Source: Candidatus Moraniibacteriota bacterium (lineage in GTDB: Bacteria; Patescibacteriota; Minisyncoccia; Moranbacterales; UBA2206). From it: 64,000 nt of DNA. Shown here piece after piece: positions 1-9,552 of the stretch; the first letter of the stretch is position 1; each line of letters begins with the position of its first letter. A model generated the notes under the pieces. That model had not been told where the DNA came from, did no database searches, and saw only the letters and a program-made list of their open reading frames with translations. Location: the NCBI GenBank assembly GCA_049304095.1, contig JBAQNU010000024.1, positions 87,644 through 151,643 of the forward strand, read 5' to 3'. A program made the translations under genes and the position numbers.

Positions 1-662
1 TGGAGCTGATTGAAAAAGAAAAACTGAGTATTACTGAGTTGAATTTGGCGCGGGTAACCGACCAATATCTAGAGCATATTCGTGACAATCAAGGTATTCA
101 CCTGGAAAATCTGGCGGATTTTTTGTCGGTGGCGGCAAAATTAATCCTGATCAAATCGCGCGCACTTTTGCCAGTTTTGAAACTAAGCGAAGAAGATGAA
201 GAAGAGATTGGTGATTTGACACGGCAACTGGAGGAGTATAAAAAATTTAAGGAGATTTCGGCGCAAATGGGAAAGCTCGCCAGCCTTGGGCGCATTAGCT
301 ATGCGCGCCCAGCATATTTTGGTTTGAAAGCAGTTTTCTATCCGCCGGAAAATCTCACTGCAACGGATCTCAAAAACTATTTTGAAAAAGTGCTTTTGGA
401 TGTGCCATCTGTTCAAATTCTGCAAGAAGAATTAGTTGGCGAGATTGTAACGCTAGAAGAGCGGATTAGTGATTTGGAAGTAACGCTGAGAAAAAAAATG
501 GAAACTTGTTTTTCAGAAGTGGTTGCTCAGGCGAAAGACAAGGTGGATGTGATTATTTCTTTTCTGGCTATGCTTGAAATGGTTAAGCAAAGAATGATTC
601 ATGTTGAACAATCAGAATTGTTTCACGAAATCAAACTGAGCATGCGCAGTGGCAATGAATAA
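1..662 (+). CDS. scpA: Segregation and condensation protein A (ScpA), 5' partial; the in-frame translation runs from the window edge (ELIEKEKLSITELNLARVTDQYLEHI...)
   Basis: Kleisin N-terminal motif (LIEKEKLxIxEIxLAxVTDQYL) continues in frame to position 1. The listed ORF begins at an internal TTG. It is followed by scpB. Confidence 0.8.
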   Translation, partial: ELIEKEKLSITELNLARVTDQYLEHIRDNQGIHLENLADFLSVAAKLILIKSRALLPVLKLSEEDEEEIGDLTRQLEEYKKFKEISAQMGKLASLGRISYARPAYFGLKAVFYPPENLTATDLKNYFEKVLLDVPSVQILQEELVGEIVTLEERISDLEVTLRKKMETCFSEVVAQAKDKVDVIISFLAMLEMVKQRMIHVEQSELFHEIKLSMRSGNE

Positions 663-682
663 AAAATAATTTAAAAATATTT

Positions 683-1282
683 ATGGAAACAGAAAAATTG
701 AAAATCACGATTGAAAGTTTGCTTTTTGCCAGTGGGGAGCCGATCAAGATCGCTAAGTTGGCCAAAATTTGCGCTGTGAGCGAAGAAGAGGTGGAGGGCG
801 CCGTTTCATTGCTAGGAGAGGACTATGCCAAAGGGCGAGGCCTAGCGCTCGCCAGAATCGCTGATGCGGTGCAACTAGTGACCAATCCGGCGAGTGCGGA
901 ATATGTGGCTGAGCTGATGAAAAGTGATATTTCCGAGAATTTGAGCCAAGCCTCGCTCGAAGTGCTTTCCATTGTGGCCTATCGTGGTCCAATCACGCGA
1001 GCGGAAATCGAAGAAATCAGGGGCGTCAATTGCACTTTCACCTTGCGGGCATTGGCCATTCGCGGCCTCATCGATAAGATTGAAAACATCAAAGACAACC
1101 GACGCTATCTCTATAGCGTTTCGTTTGATTTTTTGAAAAAAATGGGATTGGAAAGTGTGGAAAAGTTGCCAGACTGGGAAAGACTAAACAAAAAACCGGA
1201 AAATCACGAAGAAGTTTCCGCAATGGAAAAAGTGGAAGTGGTTGAGGGTGAGAAAGAAAAAGAAAATGAGAGTGAGATCTAA
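683..1282 (+). CDS. scpB: Segregation and condensation protein B (ScpB)
   Basis: IESLLFASGEPIKIAKLAKI... winged-helix ScpB signature, acidic C-terminal tail, adjacent to scpA. Confidence 0.8.
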   Translation: METEKLKITIESLLFASGEPIKIAKLAKICAVSEEEVEGAVSLLGEDYAKGRGLALARIADAVQLVTNPASAEYVAELMKSDISENLSQASLEVLSIVAYRGPITRAEIEEIRGVNCTFTLRALAIRGLIDKIENIKDNRRYLYSVSFDFLKKMGLESVEKLPDWERLNKKPENHEEVSAMEKVEVVEGEKEKENESEI

Positions 1283-1358
1283 AAATAGCCTTGTACGGTG
1301 TATTGAAGATAACTAGCGGATATGCTAGAGTTAATAGGCGTTAAAATCAAAATAATTC

Positions 1359-2390
1359 ATGTTTAGCATAATCTCAACTTTTTTATTTTTCCTTCTGCTC
1401 CCCGGATTTCTTCAGGGGAATTTTGATCTTAGTTTGACGCATCAAAAAAACACTATCATTGTCCAGCAACCGGTTGAGGAAAAAGTGTTGGGAGAGGAAA
1501 ATGAGAATGTGTCAACGGAAGACGGAAGCGCGCAAAATATTTTTTCTGCCTACTCGGGTAATGTGGGTATTGTGCCGGTGCGCAAAGCAGATTGTCCTGA
1601 TCTCAAAATGTGGGCGGGAGCTTCTGTTTCCATTGATGTGACGAGCGGAACAATTTTGCATTATGATAATGGAAGGAAGCAGACGCAGATTGCCTCACTT
1701 ACCAAGATAATGACAGCCATTCTGGCCGTGGAAAACATCAAAGATTTTGATGAGGTGGTGACAATTCCCAAAGAAGCGCTCCAGGTTGATGGCACAGTTG
1801 TGGGTTGTCCGACCAGTGTTTTTTGCAATGGCAACCGCATGTTTGTGGGAGAAAAAGTGCGCGCGATTGATCTTTTGAAAGCGATGCTTTTGAATAGCGC
1901 CAATGATGCAGCCACGGCTCTGGGCATTCACATCGCTGGCTCAAAAGAAAATTTTGTGATTATGATGAATGAGCGGGCGCATGAATTGGGACTTATTGAT
2001 ACGCATTTTTGCACTCCATCGGGCCTTGAGATTGATGGACGGGAAAATGAATGTTATTCTTCCGCCTATGACATTGCGCGCATTGGCGCTGAATCAATGA
2101 AGCACGAGCTTATCTGGGAAACAATGAAGATTGAAGAAGGGCAGTTTTTTTCAACCGATGGAAAGCGCATGCATCTATTGAAAAACACTGACTTGCTTTT
2201 GGGCAACATTTCCAATTGCTTGGGAGGAAAAACCGGCTTTACGCCAATGGCGGGAAAATCACTTTTGATGGGGTCTACCGATGTTACGGGAAAACACAAA
2301 ATAATCTCTGTGCTTTTGAATGATGAGAAACGCTGGGAAGATATGCGGACGCTTGTCAACTGGGTGAATAATAGCTATATTTGGAAATAA
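1359..2390 (+). CDS. Serine-type D-alanyl-D-alanine carboxypeptidase (PBP5/DacA family)
   Basis: Signal/TM N-terminus. Active-site motifs SLTK (SxxK), SANDAA (SxN) and KTGFT (KTG) are present. Confidence 0.8.
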   Translation: MFSIISTFLFFLLLPGFLQGNFDLSLTHQKNTIIVQQPVEEKVLGEENENVSTEDGSAQNIFSAYSGNVGIVPVRKADCPDLKMWAGASVSIDVTSGTILHYDNGRKQTQIASLTKIMTAILAVENIKDFDEVVTIPKEALQVDGTVVGCPTSVFCNGNRMFVGEKVRAIDLLKAMLLNSANDAATALGIHIAGSKENFVIMMNERAHELGLIDTHFCTPSGLEIDGRENECYSSAYDIARIGAESMKHELIWETMKIEEGQFFSTDGKRMHLLKNTDLLLGNISNCLGGKTGFTPMAGKSLLMGSTDVTGKHKIISVLLNDEKRWEDMRTLVNWVNNSYIWK

Positions 2391-2404
2391 TTTTTTATAA
2401 TAAT

Positions 2405-2583
2405 AGGAGTTACGCATTTCCCCTCACAGCCATATTGACTAAAAAAATAACTCGAACGCTCTTTTTTCTTTTCAAAACTTTCCCTCTCTCGACGGCATCC
2501 AGTGGAAAGTTTTGAAGAAAAAAGGCATTCTCAGACAGGATTTTTTTAGCCAATACGGCTGACTCGGGTAAATGCGTAAGTCG
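2405..2583 (+). mobile_element. Copy 1 of a ~180-bp MITE-like structured repeat: terminal inverted repeats ttacgcattt / aaatgcgtaa, a long flanking helix and a conserved central 13-bp hairpin (ttcaaaactttcc ... ggaaagttttgaa); flanked by 7-bp direct repeat taataat (2398-2404 and 2584-2590)
   Basis: About 90 percent nucleotide identity to copies at 4847-5030 and 30979-31157. It fills the dacA|mraY spacer. The minus-strand ORF 2410-2601 is an artefact of this repeat. Confidence 0.7.
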
Positions 2584-2593
2584 TAATAATTTT

Positions 2594-3700
2594 ATGGACA
2601 TTGCTCAAATTCAAACTATTCCTGAAGTTGTAAATGCGATGAAAGTGCTCCTTACTGGCTTTTTGGCTTTTGTGATTGCCTTTGCCCTCACTCCGCTCAT
2701 GACTCATTTTTTATATAAATATAAAATTGGAGTCAAAATTAAAACTAATGATGTTTCTGGGGAAAAATTGACTTTTGTCAGTGAGATGCACAAGCATAAA
2801 AGTGGCACGCCAGTGATGGGCGGTATTTTGGTCTGGTTTAGTGTGCTTATTTTAGTCTATGCTTCACATTACCTTTTTCCTTTGATTGCACAATGGACCG
2901 GAGTCAATTTTTTTGCGCGATTGGACTTTCTTAGTCGCAAGCAAGTTTGGTTGCCACTTTTCGCACTTGTGGCGGCTGGAATCTTGGGACTTTGCGATGA
3001 TTGGGCGAGTGTCAAAGGCTTGGGAAAAAACAAGGGCGGTGGGATTAGATTTCTTTCTCGTTTTGGCTGGCTGATTGCTATTTCCGCCTTGGGCGCTTGG
3101 TGGTTTTTCGCTAAATTGGGTTGGGACAAAGTGCATCTTCCGGCAATGGGGGATTTTAGTATTGGTTTTTGGTATATACCGCTTTTTATGTTTATTATCC
3201 TTTTCACGGCAATTTCTTCCAACGAAACGGACGGATTGGATGGCCTTAATGGTGGAGTACTGCTCATTGCCTTTAGTTCATTTGCGCTGATTTCTTTTTC
3301 GCAAAACAAGATGGATCTGGCGGCTTTTTGCGCAGCTATTTCCGGCGCGCTTTTGGCTTTTCTTTGGTTTAATATCTATCCCGCACGTTTTTTTATGGGG
3401 GATACGGGTGCGGTTTCTTTGGGAGCGACGCTTGGCGTGGTGGCGATGCTTACTAATTCAGCCTTGGTTCTCTTGGTGATTGTTTTTATCTATATTCTAG
3501 AATCAGGTTCAGTCGTGATCCAACTCACCTCCAAAAAACTATTCAAACAAAAAGTTTTCCTGGCAGCACCGCTCCATCATCATTTTGAAGCTAAGGGTTG
3601 GCCAGAAACAAAAGTGACGATGCGCGCCTGGATTTTCACGCTGGTCACTGCACTCATTGGCGTGATTGTGGGAATCTTGGGAATGGGGAAATATCATTAA
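2594..3700 (+). CDS. mraY: Phospho-N-acetylmuramoyl-pentapeptide transferase (MraY; polyprenyl-phosphate GlcNAc-1-P transferase superfamily)
   Basis: HKHKSGTPVMGG, LGLCDDW, NETDGLDGL and MGDTGAVSLG motifs; about 10 TM segments. Confidence 0.8.
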   Translation: MDIAQIQTIPEVVNAMKVLLTGFLAFVIAFALTPLMTHFLYKYKIGVKIKTNDVSGEKLTFVSEMHKHKSGTPVMGGILVWFSVLILVYASHYLFPLIAQWTGVNFFARLDFLSRKQVWLPLFALVAAGILGLCDDWASVKGLGKNKGGGIRFLSRFGWLIAISALGAWWFFAKLGWDKVHLPAMGDFSIGFWYIPLFMFIILFTAISSNETDGLDGLNGGVLLIAFSSFALISFSQNKMDLAAFCAAISGALLAFLWFNIYPARFFMGDTGAVSLGATLGVVAMLTNSALVLLVIVFIYILESGSVVIQLTSKKLFKQKVFLAAPLHHHFEAKGWPETKVTMRAWIFTLVTALIGVIVGILGMGKYH

Positions 3701-3718
3701 TTTAGTTTTGCAAAAAAA

Positions 3719-4840
3719 ATGAAAATTGCCATTCAAGCGGCGGACCTCGATGCAAGAAGAATTGATGGTACCCGCGTCTATATCCTCAATCTGCTCAAAT
3801 TTTTTGGACAACTGGACATTACTAGCAAGTTTTTGATCTATCATCGAAAAAAATTTAATCCGGAACTCATTCCGCCGGATTTTTCCAACTACGAAATTAT
3901 TCAAAAAAGCGCACCATTTCTCTGGACGCAAACGCGCTTTGCCTATGAGCTCAAAAAAGACTTGCCAGACGTGCTTTGGATGCCGATGCAGGCCTTGCCT
4001 CTTTTGCGACCAAAAGGCATGCAGACTGTGATCACGGTGCATGATTTGGCTTTCAAAGTTTTTCCCAAGATGTTCCCCAAAAAAGATTTATGGCAATTGA
4101 ATTTTTATGCTGATTATGCGATTAAAAATTCCGACAAAATTATTGCTGTTTCTGCCTCGACGAAAAAAGATATTTTGCGATTTTATCCTAAAATTAATCC
4201 GCAAAAAATTCGGGTGATTCATCATGGTTTCGACGCGGAATTATTTTCTCAAAAAATCGACAAGGAGACGCAAAAAAGATTTCGAGCGAAATATTTAATT
4301 GACGACGCACCCTATTTGCTCTATGTTGGAGCGATTCAGCCGCGCAAAAATCTGGTTACATTAATCGAAGCTTTTGGAAAGCTAAAAGAGACCGGCAATT
4401 ATCCTAAGCTGAAATTAGTTTTGGCTGGCGCGCCGGCTTGGCAAGCGGAAGGCACGCTCGAGGCGGTGCAAAACTCACATTATTCCAAGGAGATTATTCT
4501 CACTGGACGAGTTAGTTTTTCTGATTTGGCTAAATTTTATCAGTGCGCAGATGTATTTATTTTTCCTTCACTCTATGAAGGTTTTGGCATTCCTATTTTG
4601 GAATCTTTCGCTTCCGGCACGCCAGTTATTTGCGCCAATAATTCTTCACTTCCAGAAGTGGCAGGGAACGCCGCACTCTATTTTACCAGTGGAGACGTAG
4701 CTGAACTCGAAACTAAAATTAAAGAAATATTGGAAAATGCTCCATTGAAAGAAAACTTGATCAAAAAAGGTTATTTGCGCTTGGAAGAATTTTCCTGGGA
4801 AAAATGCGCCGAGGAATCTTTGGAGTTTATTAAAATCTAG
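3719..4840 (+). CDS. GT-B glycosyltransferase (GT4-like / glycosyltransferase group 1)
   Basis: C-terminal EGFGIPILESFASGTPVI...E motif typical of retaining GT4 enzymes. Confidence 0.75.
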   Translation: MKIAIQAADLDARRIDGTRVYILNLLKFFGQLDITSKFLIYHRKKFNPELIPPDFSNYEIIQKSAPFLWTQTRFAYELKKDLPDVLWMPMQALPLLRPKGMQTVITVHDLAFKVFPKMFPKKDLWQLNFYADYAIKNSDKIIAVSASTKKDILRFYPKINPQKIRVIHHGFDAELFSQKIDKETQKRFRAKYLIDDAPYLLYVGAIQPRKNLVTLIEAFGKLKETGNYPKLKLVLAGAPAWQAEGTLEAVQNSHYSKEIILTGRVSFSDLAKFYQCADVFIFPSLYEGFGIPILESFASGTPVICANNSSLPEVAGNAALYFTSGDVAELETKIKEILENAPLKENLIKKGYLRLEEFSWEKCAEESLEFIKI

Positions 4841-4846
4841 AGTTAT

Positions 4847-5030
4847 AGAAATTGCGCGTTTACCTTCACAGCTGTATTTTCTAAAAAAATAACTCGAACG
4901 CTCTTTTTTCTTTTCAAAACTTTCCCTCCCTCGACGGCATCCAATGGAAAGTTTTGAAGAAAAAAGGCATTCTCAGACAAGATTTTTTTAGAAAATCCAG
5001 CTGACTCAGGTAAGGGTGCAAGCAAGTCGT
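4847..5030 (+). mobile_element. Copy 2 of the MITE-like repeat, flanked by a perfect 7-bp direct repeat gagttat (4840-4846 and 5031-5037) that overlaps the stop codons of both convergent flanking genes
   Basis: Conserved core shared with copies 1 and 3. The flanking helix sequence differs from the other copies but keeps pairing through compensatory changes. The minus-strand ORF 4843-5025 is an artefact. Confidence 0.7.
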
Positions 5031-5033
5031 GAG

Positions 5034-6827
5034 TTATTTATTCAAAAGATAAATTTTGCCGTTCGTGGTGTTTTCTGTTTTTTGTGGCAAGCCAATTGGA
5101 GCACTAGGCATTTCTTCTGGGTCAAAGGTGGAAAGGAAAGTCCTATCCAGTGCATAATCTTTGTAGACGCTAAATTTAGCAAGAAATCCATCCTTCTCAT
5201 AGAAGGCTAAATTTTTATCGGGAACAATTAGATAGACATTGGAAAATTTTGTTGTGTCAATTTTAGCCAAATCATTGGGGTTAAAAAAATAGACTGCATT
5301 TTTGCCAAAGAGAAAACTCATGGGTGCGCCGAGCATTGACCAGCCATCGCCAGAAGCCAAGCGGTCAACAAGGATAAGATCGGTGTTGGAAAAATTTTCG
5401 CTAAGCTGGTTGGTTTGCGCAGTCAAGTCGGCGTTTTCTCGGAAAGTGAAATAGGGCCAAGAAATAATTAGGTTGGTAATGATTAGAATACTAATCAAGA
5501 TTGACGCATAGATTTTTTTGGTAAACAGTCGATCAATGACGAGAATGGAATAAAAAATCGCTCCAGGAATAATAGTGAAAGCAAAACGTCTGAGCATCCA
5601 GGGATGATCGAGTGAGATGCCGGGATGAATGAGATAGATGAAGGTGGGCAAAATTATGAGAGCAGGCACGAGAATGACGTAGTTTCTTTTGAGCAAAAAA
5701 TAGCTTAGTCCGATTGCTCCAATGATCAGAAATGGCAGGATGTTATAGAGAGAGAATATTTCAAAGAGATAACTAACAGCGGAAAAAGGCACAGAACTGC
5801 TTTCGCCAGGTGAAAATGAGCGTAGAAGACCTTTGAGAGAGGCTAGGTAGAATTGATTATTGACAAATATATTGATGAGATAGACGAAAAAAAATCCGCC
5901 CAAGAGCCAGACTGTTTTTTTCAGTAGTGTTTTTTCCAATCCAAACTTAGTCTTTTTTTGAACTATGCCAAACAGGACTAATAGCATCAAAAGAAATGCC
6001 CAGGTTTCTATTCGAGTGAAAGTGAGGATGAGAAAGGCCGAGAGCGCACCTAGAAGATAGAGAGACTTTTTGAATTTGAAAAATAGGCTGAGCTCTAAAA
6101 GACCAAACCAAATAAAGGCTAGTGCGATATTTTCGCTGAGTGTGAATTTGAAAAGCCAGGCGAAAACAAACGAACTGAAAAGACAACCAAACGCCCAAAA
6201 AGCCGGCTTGGTCGAAGAGTGAAGTTCCGTGAGTAGGAAAAAAGCTAGAAGGAAAAGAAAGAATGTGATGCTGTTGGCAATGACGAACCCAATGAGGCCA
6301 AAGAGGGAGTAGAACGTTGCTAGCCATGCAATGTAGCCAAGGGAAAAATGGGTAATCAGGCTTCCTGAGCGAGTATAATTGAAGCCGGGAAAATTGAGCG
6401 CCGTGCCTGGGCCATAGATTTTGAAAAATTCTTGCGAAGCGGTTGAGCTAAAGGCTAATTGATGATTTTGCGCCAGGCGCACGGCTGCTTCGCTAAAGGA
6501 GCCTTGGTCGCGTCCAGAAAAAACAGTTGGCACAAAAGAGAAGGCTAGGAAAATAATAAAGCCAAGCGAGAGGAATGTAGCGGAAAGGAAACTGGCTGAT
6601 TTCAAAGCTTGACGATTGTGAACGAAAAGCGAGAGGAAGAATGAGCCACCGAAAAAAAGATAGCCAGCCAAAATCGGCCAATAGAAAAAATTAGTTAGCG
6701 CGAGCACAATTGCCAAAACTTCCAGGCCAATGAAAAAGAGTCCTAGAAAAGAAAATAGCTGGTATTTGTTGAGGTTTTTTGGTAGTTTCATTATTCCAAT
6801 TATAGCGTCAAAAATTCTTTTTGCCAA
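5034..6827 (-). CDS. Multi-pass membrane protein, probable GT-C-fold glycosyltransferase (ArnT/PMT-like)
   Basis: More than 10 TM helices N-terminal with an RDQGSFSEAA loop after TM segments (resembles the DE/RDE motif of GT39/GT83 enzymes); soluble C-terminal domain; sits in the glycan locus. Confidence 0.4.
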   Translation of the reverse strand: MAKRIFDAIIGIMKLPKNLNKYQLFSFLGLFFIGLEVLAIVLALTNFFYWPILAGYLFFGGSFFLSLFVHNRQALKSASFLSATFLSLGFIIFLAFSFVPTVFSGRDQGSFSEAAVRLAQNHQLAFSSTASQEFFKIYGPGTALNFPGFNYTRSGSLITHFSLGYIAWLATFYSLFGLIGFVIANSITFFLFLLAFFLLTELHSSTKPAFWAFGCLFSSFVFAWLFKFTLSENIALAFIWFGLLELSLFFKFKKSLYLLGALSAFLILTFTRIETWAFLLMLLVLFGIVQKKTKFGLEKTLLKKTVWLLGGFFFVYLINIFVNNQFYLASLKGLLRSFSPGESSSVPFSAVSYLFEIFSLYNILPFLIIGAIGLSYFLLKRNYVILVPALIILPTFIYLIHPGISLDHPWMLRRFAFTIIPGAIFYSILVIDRLFTKKIYASILISILIITNLIISWPYFTFRENADLTAQTNQLSENFSNTDLILVDRLASGDGWSMLGAPMSFLFGKNAVYFFNPNDLAKIDTTKFSNVYLIVPDKNLAFYEKDGFLAKFSVYKDYALDRTFLSTFDPEEMPSAPIGLPQKTENTTNGKIYLLNK

Positions 6828-6919
6828 ACTGGCGTTTTTCGGGTAGAATAATAATGTTTTCTATGGGGCGAAAATGAACCTAAAAATTAATCCGCCAGAG
6901 GGCGAAAAAATAATTTAAT

Positions 6920-8380
6920 ATGTCGAGAATAATGTTTGAACAGAGAAAGCCTAATCGGCTAAGGGTTAAGTTGTATTTGTGGAAAATAAAGTTGATGCAA
7001 AAAAAGGTGCTTATGCGATTAGCCCTTTTTGTTTTGTTCATAGGTGTCTCTGTGTTTCTTTTTTCCTTCGTGCGGACCAATAAACAAATAATTGGCATGA
7101 AAACATTGTCTGCTCTGAACCGCTTTTCCTCACTGTTGCCAATTACTCCCGATGAACAAAAAGAGTTGAATGTTTTGGACCAGTTGGTGGAAAACTTTAG
7201 CAAAAAAGATGGCGTGACCAGGACATTTATGCTGATGCTACAAAATAACATGGAACTGCGACCCGGTGGGGGATTTTTGGGTCAATATGCCATCATCAAA
7301 CTCAAAGATGGCGCAGTTGTTTCATCGTACTTTGAAGATGCAAATCTTTTGGATCAGAGAATTAAAACCAAAGTACCGACGCCTTATCCGTTTGAACGGA
7401 TGATGCAACTCAAAAATTGGAAATTTCGTGATTCCAACTTTTCGCCAGATTTTCCCACTAACGTTGAAAAAGCCAAATATTTCTATCGTCTAGCAGGCAT
7501 GGGAACGAGTACTTTCGATGGAGTGATTGCCGTTAATTCCCAGGTCTTAAACGATATTTTGAAAGTAACTGGACCAATTACTGTCCCGGGCTATAGCGCC
7601 GAATTTACAGCCGATAATGCCTTTCTCAAATTGGAGGAAATAGTGGAAAAACAATATATCTTGAATCCAGACATTGATACGCAAAACCGAAAAGCAATTA
7701 TGAAAAAAATGCTACCAATCATTATTGACAAGTTGTTTAGCGTAAATAACATTTCCAAGCTGGCGGATTTGGCTCATCAAGAATTCAAAGCCAAAAATAT
7801 TATGGTCAATTTCAAGGATGAAAATCTCCAAGCACTGGCGGCGAGCGTTTTTTGGACCGGTGAGATGGCCAAAGATTGGAGCGGGGACTACTTAATGATG
7901 GTGGACTCTAATATGGGAGCACTCAAAACGGATTATTATATGAAACGAGAAATCAACTATGACATTGATCTCACAGGCGAAAAACCAATCGTTAACTTGG
8001 GAATTCTCTACAAAAATACTGCTCCCTATGGCGATTGGCGCACCAGCGACTATCATTCCTATATGCGTCTTTATCTTCCTTTGGGCGCGAAATTACTGGA
8101 AAGAACAATGGTCAACAACATCAGCTCCGGCGAAGATTTCGGCAAAACTTGGATTGGTTTTATGGCGCACGTGCTTATTAGCAGAGAAACTGACGCCAAG
8201 ATTAAATATGAGTTACCAGCCGATTTTCCCCGCGATAACTATCGCTTGCTCATCCAAAAACAATCCGGCGTGACCGACATTCCGGTGAGAGTGCATGTCA
8301 AAACCAAAGATGGTGATTTCAATCAAGAACAACTAATGACCCAGGATTTGAAATTTGAAGTTAAAAATGAGGAAAAATAA
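6920..8380 (+). CDS. N-terminal TM-anchored extracytoplasmic protein, DUF4012-like (NNMELRPGGGFLGQY, DGVIAVN motifs)
   Basis: Single TM after a basic N-terminus. Motifs recalled from the DUF4012 family, which is often found beside polysaccharide genes. The true start may be the internal MQKKVLMRL. Confidence 0.4.
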   Translation: MSRIMFEQRKPNRLRVKLYLWKIKLMQKKVLMRLALFVLFIGVSVFLFSFVRTNKQIIGMKTLSALNRFSSLLPITPDEQKELNVLDQLVENFSKKDGVTRTFMLMLQNNMELRPGGGFLGQYAIIKLKDGAVVSSYFEDANLLDQRIKTKVPTPYPFERMMQLKNWKFRDSNFSPDFPTNVEKAKYFYRLAGMGTSTFDGVIAVNSQVLNDILKVTGPITVPGYSAEFTADNAFLKLEEIVEKQYILNPDIDTQNRKAIMKKMLPIIIDKLFSVNNISKLADLAHQEFKAKNIMVNFKDENLQALAASVFWTGEMAKDWSGDYLMMVDSNMGALKTDYYMKREINYDIDLTGEKPIVNLGILYKNTAPYGDWRTSDYHSYMRLYLPLGAKLLERTMVNNISSGEDFGKTWIGFMAHVLISRETDAKIKYELPADFPRDNYRLLIQKQSGVTDIPVRVHVKTKDGDFNQEQLMTQDLKFEVKNEEK

Positions 8381-9552
8381 TGAACATATCGCTTAAAATT
8401 GACAAGGTTCGGACTTTAATTCGCAGTAATGGAATTTTCGGCAGTGCGAAAAAAGTTTTTGGCTATGCTCAAAAATATCGCGCTGCTTTTACTGTAGCGC
8501 CAGGGGATATTCTTTTCATCGCTTCTGGTGTTGGTGATAGCGCGCATTTTCGCACTTGGAATGTGGCAGAGGAATTGCAGTTGCACGGTTTTCGCGCGTC
8601 AGTGACAATTGCTGATAATCCCAATCTTTTGAAATTAGTCGATGATTTCAAGATATTTATTTTTCACAAAACGGTTTATTCGGAAAAAATTGCCAAAGTA
8701 GTTGAAAAAATTAAAGCGCAAAAAAAAGAAATTATTTTCGACACGGATGATTTGAATTTTGATCCCGCATATTTGGCGCAGATTGATTATCTAAAAAATG
8801 TTGGCGAGGCGGAAAAAGCGCAATATGCCAAAGGGTTGGGGCGAGAAATTTTGGAAGACTCTTATGTGAAAGTGGCAACGACTACAACGACCTATTTAGC
8901 AAAAATTATGAAAGAAAAAGGCAAAAAAGTTTTTGTGGTGACTAATAAGATTTGTAATGAGGAATTGGAAATAGCAAATAAACTAAGGCACGCTGGGAAA
9001 AAAATCAAAGACGATTTTGTTTATCTGGGATATTTCAGTGGAACTCCGAGTCATAATAAAGATTTTGCTACAATCACAGACGCGCTTCTTGCGGTAATGC
9101 GAAAATATAAGAAGACTAAATTGATTCTTGCTGGACCATTGGAGCAGGAAAATAGTCTCAATGAATTTTCTGACAGAATTATTAAATTGCCATTAGTGCC
9201 GAGAGGTGAGCATTATCGAAATGTTCAAAAAGCGGATATTAATCTTGCTCCCCTGGAGAGCACTCCGTTTTGTGAAGCGAAATCAGAAATTAGATTTACC
9301 GGAGCGGGGATTCTTGGTATCCCGACGGTAGCTGTGAGAAATGAAACGTTCTCTGGCGCAATCGAAGACGGCGTGACTGGATTTTTGGCTGGAAATAAGC
9401 TAGAATGGACGGAGAAATTGGGGCGCTTGATTGAAGATGTAAATCTGCGCCGTGTGCTGGGCGAGCGGGCGCGAGAGAAAACGCTCAAGGATTACACGAA
9501 TAAAAACAGTCATAGAGAGGATTACTATAATTACTTAAGAAAAAAACTATGA
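8380..9552 (+). CDS. GT-B glycosyltransferase (GT4-like)
   Basis: C-terminal ESTPFCEAKSEIRFTGAGILGIPTVAV...EDGVTGFL resembles the GT4 E-x7-E region. Confidence 0.5.
   Translation: MNISLKIDKVRTLIRSNGIFGSAKKVFGYAQKYRAAFTVAPGDILFIASGVGDSAHFRTWNVAEELQLHGFRASVTIADNPNLLKLVDDFKIFIFHKTVYSEKIAKVVEKIKAQKKEIIFDTDDLNFDPAYLAQIDYLKNVGEAEKAQYAKGLGREILEDSYVKVATTTTTYLAKIMKEKGKKVFVVTNKICNEELEIANKLRHAGKKIKDDFVYLGYFSGTPSHNKDFATITDALLAVMRKYKKTKLILAGPLEQENSLNEFSDRIIKLPLVPRGEHYRNVQKADINLAPLESTPFCEAKSEIRFTGAGILGIPTVAVRNETFSGAIEDGVTGFLAGNKLEWTEKLGRLIEDVNLRRVLGERAREKTLKDYTNKNSHREDYYNYLRKKL

Noticed and set aside
2410-2601. Minus-strand ORFs 2410-2601 (63 aa) and 4843-5025 (60 aa) encoding similar peptides (…KKILSENAFFLQNFPLDAVE.GKVLKRKKSVRVIFL…)
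   Set aside because: They lie entirely within the conserved ~180-bp repeat. The third copy (30979-31157) has no intact ORF, so conservation is at the nucleotide level. They run antisense to the flanking gene orientation and have no ribosome-binding site. Treated as artefacts of the repeat.
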